The notes beneath the pieces are model-generated. The model ran no database searches. It was not told where the DNA came from and worked only from the letters and a program-made list of their open reading frames with translations. A program made the position numbers and the translations under genes. From positions 109,616,001 to 109,680,000 of the forward strand of contig NC_043001.1 of assembly GCF_006345805.1 (NCBI RefSeq): DNA of 64,000 nt, read 5' to 3'. The DNA comes from Octopus sinensis. Its lineage: Eukaryota. Below are positions 53,885 to 64,000 of the stretch, one piece after another (position 1 is the stretch's first letter; each line of letters begins with the position of its first letter).

Positions 53885-54500
53885 ATGAGCTGACAGAATC
53901 GTTAGTACACCGGAATAAATGCTTAACGCCCTTCGTCCGTCCTTAGGTTCTGAATTCAAATTCAACCAAGATCGATTTTGTCTTTCATCCTTTCGGGGTC
54001 CATAAAATAATGGTGGAAGCACTCCGTCGGTTACGACGATGAGGGTTCCGGTTGATCCGAATCAACGGAACAGCCTGCTCGTGAAATTAACGTGTAAGTG
54101 GCTGAGCACTCCACAGACACGTGTACCCTTAACGTAGTTCTCGGGGATATTCAGCGTGACACAGAGAGTGCCAAGGCCGGCCCTTTGAAATACAGGTACA
54201 ACAGAAACAGGAAGTAAGAGTGAGAGAAAGTTGTGGTGAAAGAGTACAGCAGGGATCACCACCATCCCCTGCCGGAGCGTCGTGGAGCTTTAGGTGTTTT
54301 CGCTCAATAAACACTCACAACGCCCAGTCTGGGAATCGAAACCGCGATCCTATGACCGCGAGTCCGCTGCCCTAACCACTGGGCCATTGCGCCTCCACTC
54401 CATAAAATAATAACCACTTGAGCGCTGAGGTCGCTGTATTCAACTTAGCTCCTCCCCCGAAATTGCTGGCCTTGCGCCAAAATATGAAATCATTATTATT
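53885..54500 (+). mobile_element. SINE A' interrupted by a family C copy
   Basis: The core breaks at GGGGTCCATAAAATAA (54000-54011) and resumes at 54400. Confidence 0.75.
54012..54399 (-). mobile_element. SINE family C, young full length, 12-bp TSD
   Basis: CCATAAAATAAT occurs at 54000-54011 and 54400-54411. The tRNA-like head is GGAGGCGCAATGGCCCAGTGGTTAGGGCAGCGGACTCGCGG. Confidence 0.93.
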
Positions 54501-54588
54501 CGACTAAAGGCAGTGAGCTGGCAAACTCGATAGCATGCGGGCCGGTGAGAAGTAGCCAATGCATTTATCATATCGGTGGTGTAATACC

Positions 54589-54905
54589 CGGGCGTTGTGA
54601 GTGTTTATTGAGCGAAAACACCTAAAGCTCCACGAGGCTCCGGCAGGGGATGGTGGTGATCCCTGCTGTACTCTTTCACCACAACTTTCTCTCTCACTCT
54701 TACTTCCTGTTTCTGTTGTACCTGTATTTCAAAGGGCCGGCCTTGTCACTCTCTGTGTCACGCTGAATATCCCCGAGAACTACGTTAAGGGTACACGTGT
54801 CATGGAGTGCTCAGCCACTTACACGTTAATTTCACGAGCAGGCTGTTCCGTTGATTCGGATCAACCGGAACCTTCGTCGTCGTAACCGACGGAGTGCTTC
54901 CAAAA
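54589..54905 (+). mobile_element. SINE family C, 5'-truncated, 10-bp TSD
   Basis: GTGTAATACC occurs at 54579-54588 and 54906-54915. It is nearly identical to the reverse complement of 54012-54330. Confidence 0.92.
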
Positions 54906-55181
54906 GTGTAATACCGCCTGACCCGTCGTTGACCCAAGAAATCTCTGACCAAATTGAAACGTTTGCTTTTCCAATTAGTATGGAAAGTTTAGGTTCCGCT
55001 TGTCAGAAAAATCCATCTGCTGTTATCGTAAGTTCAACGTTCAAATTCCACCGAGGTCGACTTTGCCTTTTATCCTTTCGGAGTCAATTAAATAACTACC
55101 ATCTGAGCACAATCAACGTAATCCCTCCTTTAACGTGCTGACTAAGTGCTAGAGTTTGAGGCCAGTATACATCGTCAATGT

Positions 55182-55432
55182 GGAGGCGCGTGGCTTAATG
55201 GTTAGGGTGTCAGTTTCATGATCGTAAGATTGTGGTTTCGATTTCTGGACCGGGTGACGCGTTGTGTTCTTGAGCAAAACACTTCATTTCACGTTGCTCC
55301 AGTTCGCTCAGCTAGCAAAAATGAGTAACGCTGCGATGGACTAGCGTCCCGTCCAGCTGGTGGGAACACATACGCCATAGAAGCCGGGAAACCGGGCCCG
55401 TGAGCCTTGCTAGGCTTTAAAAGGGCACATTT
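55182..55432 (+). mobile_element. SINE family D (tRNA head, CORE-like middle, distinct 3' half)
   Basis: A/B boxes, then GTGTTCTTGAGCAAAACACTTCATTTC, then GCGATGGACTAGCGTCCCGTCCAG. A head fragment also occurs at about 59968-60082. Confidence 0.75.
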
Positions 55433-55580
55433 ATTTTATTATTTTTTTCATATATTGCCAACAGAAATCTTTGAAAAGTTATAAATGATTATTTTTATAC
55501 TCTGTTTGGGAATAAGCTTGGTACTTCTTCATTCAAATGTTGTACTTATTTACTACTTTATGCAAAATTATATATTCTAT

Positions 55581-55812
55581 AGGCGGAGAGCTGGCAGAAA
55601 CGTTAGCGCGCTGGGCGAAATGCGTAGCCGTATTTCATCTGTCGTTACGTTCCGAGTTCAAAGTCCGCCGGGGTCGACTTTGCCTTTCATCCTTTCGGGG
55701 TCGATAAATTAAGTACCAGTTACGCACTGGGGTCGATGTAATCGACTTAATCCGTTTGTCTGTCCTTGTTTGTCCCCTCTGTGTTTAGCTCCTTGTGGGT
55801 AGTAAAGAAATA
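55581..55812 (+). mobile_element. SINE family A monomer
   Basis: Full head, core and type-1 tail. Candidate TSD TATATATTCT (55569-55578 and 55813-55822). Confidence 0.9.
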
Positions 55813-57018
55813 TATATATTCTGTGCACTCACTAGCTTCAAAATTATCACTCGTCACTCGACTGAAACTGGTATATAAAATGCAGTTATGGCTTCACAGC
55901 AACCAATGTGCGAAAAACAAAACATAAGCCTTGAAACAAAAGCTCGTTAACTGGTAACACCTTGTGTATATAACAGAACAAAGCAAAATATACGCAAAAA
56001 GATATCAGCGCTAAATGTCCGGATATAAAAGTACCACTCCGTTTTATTATTTAAGTGCATCTGATGAAGATTTCCACGAAAAAAAGTCTCTTCAACTGCT
56101 TGTATTATACTCGTATATTTATATTTCCTGAAATTTATCCCATTTGGGGTAATTTACAACTGTTTGCCGACATCACATTGATAATGATTATGTTGCCAGC
56201 AAGCGATTTTTAAAAATATATCTTTCTTCTATATTTCAAACAAGTATATTCTTTCTAGTATCTTATTAAAACAAGATATATTTTCTATCGTGAAGTCTAC
56301 GATAAATACGATAAAATATATACAACTATAATATATGTTCTTACCGTTGGGTATATTCTATTCTTTTCTCTGGAGATTATGTGTTCGTGTATGTAAATGT
56401 GTATTGTTACTACCCTTCATATCCATAAAATATTTATAGTCTTCCATCCTCATGTATTCAGCAGATTTATGAATAAATTCTGTAACTTAGGGGATCCATT
56501 TAATAGGGTGCTACTGCAACATTTGGCACATGAAACTGTGATTTTCAGGTAGAATCTCATCGCTGATTTGAATATCGAATCTGTATTTACAATCCTCCTG
56601 ATTTTAAGGCTCATGCCCTTATATCAATGGAGCGTATTGTACAAGAGCTAAGGCAAAGAGCTGAGAGTTTGACCGACAAGTACGGATGATTTATTGAACA
56701 TTTAAAAGCATAAAGAATATTTAAAAGGGAAGTGTTATGTACAAGGATAACTTCATCTTTCCCATCTAACGCTGGACTCTGAAAACTGTCATGTCGCAGC
56801 GACTCTCCTTCAGCACAACCGTTAACAAATAAGCATTTAGGAAAATGTTAGATATTCTTCCAATGTCATCCTCTTCCTCAAAACGAAATCTAGGATCAAA
56901 TGGGTGTATCCCTATATAAATATTATATCCTAAACTAAACTCGTCCTAATCTAGCTTCGCATTACGATCGTGTTTTTGGTGAAATTCTGAGCACGATTTA
57001 GAAAAGTATATGAATAGT

Positions 57019-57180
57019 GGCGAGGAGTGGCTGTGTGGTAAGTAGCTTGCTTACCAAAACACATGTTCTGGGTCCAGTCCCATTGCGTGGCACCTTGGCG
57101 AGTCTTCCACTATAGCTTCGGTCCGACCAAAGCCATTAAGTGGATTTGCTAGACGGAAACTGAAAGAAGCCAGCCGTATA
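57019..57180 (+). mobile_element. SINE family B 5' half running into long (TA)n
   Basis: B head through GAAAGAAGCC. Confidence 0.82.
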
Positions 57181-57203
57181 TATATATATATAGTATATAT
57201 ATA

Positions 57204-57246
<43 letters not shown>

Positions 57247-57288
57247 TATAATAGAGATATATATATTATGTATATTATATATATTATA

Positions 57289-57375
<87 letters not shown>

Positions 57376-58099
57376 GAATCAAGAAATATAAAGTATTTAG
57401 TTGAGGGAAATTTTAAAATCACATATTATTATGACTGTAAGTGAAATATCTAAGCAAAATAAAAACAAAAATGCAAGCCATCTTTTCTTTCTTAAATAGC
57501 TTCTCTTCATTCTTTTCGTTCTGTGAAACTTCGACGGTCCCATTAGCATTAAGTATCCTGAAATACGTTGAAGTTTTTTGTGGGTTGACCCACGTATAAG
57601 TGAGTCGTTTCTTGATTCCTTTATTTTTTTCTTTGAGTCCCAAACTTTTTAGAAAAAAGCAAAAACATTACGTGATGCATGGTTTTACTTATCAATCCTT
57701 CCCAGAATCGAATTAGAAACGAATAGTTTATGACAAGAGTAATTAGAAAGTGTAAATAAATAAAGGTTGTTTAATCACTGGAATGTTCCGGTGTCGAGTG
57801 AAATAAAATTGCTGTTTTATGTAATCTAAAACAATATAACGTGTCAAATAGTATCTGTATGACATAATCGTTTCACTTGATAAAAGGAAATAATGTGCTT
57901 ATTAAATGCAACAGGCTTTAAAAGTGAATGTGCATTTTTTTTTTAAGGGAAAGGAACATATTTATGTTAACATGGTAGGTACACCATTTATCAATCCAGA
58001 AAATCTGCATGATTGTCACCAGTAATCCCAAGCCTCGTACTTATACTATCGATACCTACTGCTGAACACTCCACCTCACAAGCGGTGGTTGGGGTCAAG

Positions 58100-58148
<49 letters not shown>

Positions 58149-58519
58149 AATACGGAGCAAATGATTCAGGAGAAAATATTTGCGAAGATATTATTGACTC
58201 TGTTATTATCTAGTGTAACAATTATAAATGATAATAGTATCAATAATATAGGCGATTGCAGGCCCTAAAATTAATTAAATAGCTGAGGGATTAAAACTAA
58301 TCAAAGGACATCCTCAGTATGTCTACCTGCTGGAAATAACAGGCAAAATTCTTATTTAAATCGCCGAAAAGTCTTTTTAAATAAGCGTTTTGACTGTTAT
58401 TTTCGGCAGGTAGACATACTTAATATATCCTTTGATTAATTTTATGTATATATATGTATATATATATAAACACACACATACACACACACAGAGACACACA
58501 CAGACACACACACACACAC

Positions 58520-58555
<36 letters not shown>

Positions 58556-59774
58556 TATATACATACTTACATGCAAATAAATAAAAATACTCTGTTGTTG
58601 AATTTGAAATTCCAATGAAGAATCATTGGATCTAGGTTAGAAACCGGTTCCTTCTCTGTTGGCAAGAAATCTTGTAATAAACTGAATAATGACATAAACA
58701 TGAGAAAGATTGTTCGAGGACTACAGATCTGAAACAAAAAAATACCCTGTTGTTGATGTTGAATTCCAATGATAGAGTTTAGAAACCGTTTTATATTTTC
58801 TCTATTGACACTTATCAATCTTCCCAGGATCGAATTAGAAGCGAAGGGTTTTTGACAAGTGTATAAACTGAGAAATTAAAAAATGTGAATATTAAAAGGT
58901 TTTATAATCACTGGAAAATTCCAGAATCGAGTGAAATGAAATTCCTGGTTTCCGTTAGAAATCTTCAAATAAAACTGAACAATGACATATATACATACAT
59001 ACATACATACACACAACAATAAATACACACATACATACATACATACATACATACATACATACATACATACATACATGCATACATACATACATACATACAT
59101 ACATACATACATGCATACATATATGCATACATGCATACATACATACATACATACATACATACATACATACATACATACATACAACTTGCTTCTATACAAT
59201 TTCCTCCTACAACAATTTCCTCAAAATGCATTGGTTAGTCCGGAGCTGTAGCAGACGATAATTGTCCAAAGTGCTACATACTGGGACAGTACTCTAAACA
59301 ACGAGATTGCAAAGAATGTTACTTAATCACTCCATCATTCCTGAACACAAAGCAGTTTTCAATTCTTCAATTATATTTAAACGGATATTTTCGAAAATAG
59401 TTTTATACTTACTGCAAGCTCAAAAACCATTATCATTCACGTGACAAAGCGGATGGTAATTATGATCAACATGGTGACATGTAGATAAGAGAGCGATATG
59501 AATAAAAGCGTAGTGAAAAAGAAAAAAAATTACTTCAATTGAGCGGGAAATCTTTTGGAGCCAAATGTAAATTGAGATTAGACTAGTTGCTGCTGTAATT
59601 CCAGAATGGTGAAAAGAGATATTCTGAATCTGAAGAACTTTTGTTTGATATACAATATGGCGTTTAAATCTTTTGATACCACGCAATGCATCAATGAATC
59701 TATAACTGTCAACTATAAGGACATACACACACACACATTTACATATATATATATATATATGCACATACATTTAC

Positions 59775-59830
<56 letters not shown>

Positions 59831-59905
59831 CATATATATATAAACGTGTTTAATGTACTTATACATACAATGCTATTTGCCTATCCGCTATGTGTGTATG
59901 TGTGC

Positions 59906-59951
<46 letters not shown>

Positions 59952-60210
59952 TTGTGTGCATGTATTTATGAGGGCGCGTTGGCTGGTACTTACGGGGTTG
60001 CACTTATAATCGCGAGATCCTGGTTTCAATTCCTGAGCTAAGTGGCGTCTTGTGTTCTTGAGCAAAACACACCACCTCGCGTCTTTAAATTTATTTCTAA
60101 TTATTTAAGAGAAAGATAGTATTATATTTGATATAATCTTGATCACCATATTTCTGATAGTTTAATAATATATATTAGCTGCTTATAGGAGTTGCAGAAT
60201 TTTGGGACAT

Positions 60211-60830
60211 TGCGTTGCTTTAAATAAGCTGTGCCTCGTCAGTTGAATATATCAGATAGGCACATAAATACAAATAAATATATGCAGAACAAACGTTATA
60301 CTTACATATACGAAACGTCCATGCACATATATATGCACGTATGTACAAGGCCAGTTAAATTTGCCCGCCAAAATACCCCATAAGCACGATTGGTCAAATA
60401 AACACCGGCATTGAATATAGTGACGAATTATATAAATTTATAAATTAGGATAATACATACGTGCATATATATGTATGCATCGACGTTCGTATATGTAAGT
60501 ATAACGTTTGTTCTGCATATATTTATTTGTATTTATGTGCCTATCTGATATATTCAACTGACGGGGCAAAGCTTATTTAAAGCAAAGCTAGAAATCCAGG
60601 ATCTTGAATTATTCAGTAATATTTTTTGATAGTCTATTTTGTCCCTCTGTCTTATCTTATGGTGCGATATGAACATTTAACGTGGTTCGAGTCAGGGTTT
60701 TGACTGCTATTTCGGCATGGTGGTGTCTCTCAGACACCCATATTTTTAGATGTAAAAAAATTATTACCTTTGTATGGTATTTTTCCCATGCTGGCCACTG
60801 ATAATAGCGATCTTTAAATATCGATTTATC
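60211..60830. mobile_element. Family H2 element: inverted partial copy plus direct copy
   Basis: 60211-60344 is the reverse complement of about 60454-60590. The direct copy 60454-60830 is collinear with 30740-31080. Confidence 0.78.
60552..60609 (+). ncRNA. Type-I hammerhead motif (family H2; A9G in this copy)
   Basis: ATTCAA-CTGACGG-GGC-aaa-GCTT-attta-AAGC-aaa-GCT-A-GAAA-TCC-A-GGA-TC-TTGAAT. The inverted sister copy reads CTGACGA (TCGTCAG at 60236-60242). Confidence 0.68.
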
Positions 60831-60853
60831 CTTATTTATAAATTTATATACAT

Positions 60854-60916
<63 letters not shown>

Positions 60917-60979
60917 CTATATATAGATAGATAGATAGATAGATATATAGATATACATATACATATACATCTATATATG

Positions 60980-61024
<45 letters not shown>

Positions 61025-61119
61025 ATATAATATATATATATATATAATATAATATATACACGGATATATATATATATACTACATATTATATGTCCGTGTG
61101 TTCTATATATATATAATGG

Positions 61120-61150
<31 letters not shown>

Positions 61151-61225
61151 TTATATACATGGATTATATGTATGTGTATATATATATATATATATATAGA
61201 TAGATAGAATAATACATATACTATA

Positions 61226-61263
<38 letters not shown>

Positions 61264-62359
61264 TATACACGGATATATATAATATATATATATATATACA
61301 TACATATATATATGTCCGTGTGTATATTTTATATACATGGATATATATAATATATTATATATATAATATATATATATTATGTGAAATAGAAAGATGAATA
61401 ATCTTGTAGTAGATTAATCAAAAGTTTAACCGATACCTTAGTAGCAAAAATCACATTCGCCATGGGCTCTTAGGAGCATAGTTCGATTTGTTTTTGCTCC
61501 GCCTCTGTTCTGTTTTTGTTTTTCCAACGGATTTCCTATTTTCTCCTGAAGAGAAAGACACAATATGGTCCCATTATTTCAATCGGATTTTGGTAATTTG
61601 TGCCTTCGAACACGTGTGGAATGAAATAAAACGATTTCTTTTCAATCTGGCGTTCAGCTCCATTCTTCAATCACCAATAATGTTTTATATATATATAATA
61701 TATATATATACATATATATCCGAGTATCTATATATATATACACATGTATATATGGGTACAGGACGTCACCAACTGTAAACAACATTAAATACGAAAACAA
61801 GAGAGTTAAATATGCAAACGAGGTAATGGTTTTATGAATTTATTTCTTAAAAAAAAAATGCTGTGGCATTTAAGCCGATTCATAATTCCTTAGAAATTTC
61901 TTCAAACAAAATTTTATAAAACTGCGATTAGGTCTCTTGTATAGTAATGCATAAACCTTATATGAATGCGTGTAGCATTTTCGGCATATCTATATAACTT
62001 GTTCAATAGGCCATACTCAATGTGACAACAACTTTAGAAACCAGGGCGTTTGTATGTGTGATAAAAGAAAGGTGATTATTAATTGAAAATTATCTCTCAA
62101 TATTTTCTCCCCGGTTAAGAAACCATTCAAAATCTTTTAAATCAGATTTGTGAATATTTAAAAAAAATATTTTTAATAAAAAAAGATTATACTGAATTCA
62201 GTGCTTTCTAGAATAAATGTGTTTACATTAATTGCTATTATTTTATTGTCGTCATAACATGTATGAATTAAAAAAAAATCTCACGTTTGTCATTCACACA
62301 CGCTCTCCCTGTCTCTTTCTCACGCTTCATATTTTTCTTTAATCACAGATAAGCCAGTG

Positions 62360-62459
62360 NNNNNNNNNNNNNNNNNNNNNNNNNNNNNNNNNNNNNNNNN
62401 NNNNNNNNNNNNNNNNNNNNNNNNNNNNNNNNNNNNNNNNNNNNNNNNNNNNNNNNNNN
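62360..62459. other. Assembly gap (100 N)
   Basis: Read directly from the sequence. Confidence 1.
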
Positions 62460-62628
62460 ATATATTAATGTGAAATAGAAGATGAATAATCTTGTAGTAG
62501 ATTAATCAAAGTTTAACCCGATACCTAGTAGCAAAACACATTCGCCATGGGCTCTTAGGAGCATAGTTCGAATTGTTTTTTGCTCCGCCTCTGTTCTGTT
62601 TTGTTTTTCCAACGGATTTCCTATTTTC

Positions 62629-62709
62629 TTCCTGAAGAGAAAGACACAATATGGTCCCATTATTCAATCGGATTTTGGTAATTTTGTGCCTTTCGAAACA
62701 CGTGTGGAA
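62629..62709 (+). ncRNA. Type-I hammerhead motif with long stem II, probably inactive (G17); duplicate at 61543-61621
   Basis: TTC-CTGAAGA-GAAAGACACAA...TTGTGCCTTTC-GAAA-CACGTG-T-G-GAA. Stem II pairs 10 of 11. The cleavage triplet is GUG rather than NUH. Confidence 0.6.
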
Positions 62710-62769
62710 TGAAATAAACGATTTCTGTTCAATCTGCGTTCAGCTCCATTTTCTTCAATCACCAATAAT

Positions 62770-62808
<39 letters not shown>

Positions 62809-63460
62809 AGTATCTATATATATATACACATGTATATATGGGTACAGGACTCACCAACTGTAAACAACATTAAATACGAAAACAAGAGAGTTAAATATGC
62901 AAACGAGGTAATGGTTTTTATTAATTATTTCTTAAAAAAAAATGCTGTGGCATTTAAGCCGATTCATAATTCCTTAGAAATTTCTTCAAACAAAATTTTA
63001 TAAAACTGCGATTAGGTCTCTTGTATAGTAATGCATAAACCTTATATGAATGCGTGTAGCATTTTCGGCATATCTATATAACTTGTTCAATAGGCCATAC
63101 TCAATGTGACAACAACTTTAGAAACCAGGGCGTTTGTATGTGTGATAAAAGAAAGGTGATTATTAATTGAAAATTATCTCTCAATATTTTCTCCCCGGTT
63201 AAGAAACCATTCAAAATCTTTTAAATCAGATTTGTGAATATTTAAAAAAAATATTTTTAATAAAAAAAGATTATACTGAATTCAGTGCTTTCTAGAATAA
63301 ATGTGTTTACATTAATTGCTATTATTTTATTGTCGTCATAAACATGTATGAAATTAAAAAAAAAATCTCAACGTTTGTCATTCACACACGCTCTCCCTGT
63401 CTCTTTCTCACGCTTCATATTTTCTTTAATCACAGATAAGCCAGTGTTGTGCCTATATAT

Positions 63461-63661
63461 GCCGGGTGAAATGCGTAGCCGTATTTCATCTGCCGTTAGG
63501 TTCTGAGTCCAAATTCCGCCGAGGTCGACTTGCCTTTCATCCTTTCGGGTCGATAAATTAAGTACCAGTTTACGCACTGGAGTCGATGTAATCGACGTAA
63601 TCCGTTTGTCTGTCCTTGTTTGTCCCCTCTATGTTTAGCCCCTTGTGGGCAATAAAGAAAT
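63461..63661 (+). mobile_element. SINE family A, 5'-truncated
   Basis: Core and type-1 tail running into (TA)n. Confidence 0.88.
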
Positions 63662-63703
63662 AATATATATATATATATATATATATAATAATATATATAT
63701 ATA

Positions 63704-63743
<40 letters not shown>

Positions 63744-63746
63744 AAT

Positions 63747-63794
<48 letters not shown>

Positions 63795-63849
63795 TATATA
63801 TATAAATATATTATATAAAAATATATATTATATATATATATATATATAG

Positions 63850-63956
<107 letters not shown>

Positions 63957-64000
63957 CAACAATTGAGGGTAAAATTAATTAATTAATCAATTTCACCAAG

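Larger units (their letters stand above)
61378..63446. repeat. About 1-kb direct duplication straddling the assembly gap
   Basis: 61378-62359 matches about 62466-63446. The differences are mostly 1-bp homopolymer indels. Confidence 0.9.

Noticed and set aside
56609-56679. Exon-like segment ttttaag|AHALISMERIVQELRQRAESLTD|gtacgg
   Set aside because: Splice sites are plausible, but the peptide is unrecognised, the donor is weak and there are no partner exons. RNA-seq would be needed.
57685-58950. Old local duplications (57685-57815 versus 58808-58950, and a two-unit repeat in 58585-58800)
   Set aside because: They are real but highly diverged AT-rich duplicates with no structure or termini suggesting function.

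Overview
AT-rich, microsatellite-saturated, non-genic or intronic animal DNA. The repeat families (tRNA-derived SINEs, RTE and CR1 LINEs, mariners) look like those of an octopus genome; this is inferred from repeat content only. No host protein-coding gene can be supported, and almost all ORF-track entries are translated microsatellites. Real coding remnants are a 5'-truncated CR1-type LINE ORF2 (13950-16740, -), an RTE ORF2 3' end (7004-7620, +) and two Tc1/mariner fragments. About 50 SINE copies fall into four families, labelled here A/A', B, C and D. The main unexplained signal is roughly a dozen type-I hammerhead ribozyme (HHR) motifs from at least six unrelated non-coding repeat families. 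Several have intact cores (25478-25576, 42070-42133, 42514-42577, 52575-52621), show compensatory base changes between copies, and sit in direct-plus-inverted arrangements typical of Penelope-like pseudo-LTRs or retrozymes. One family joins a tRNA-like Pol III head to the HHR. A second signal is that family A SINEs repeatedly nest at fixed nucleotides inside related SINE copies. Two large duplications (1.08 kb at 45-47 kb, and 1 kb across the 100-N gap) may be assembly artefacts. All RNA structures were folded by eye and no database search was run.
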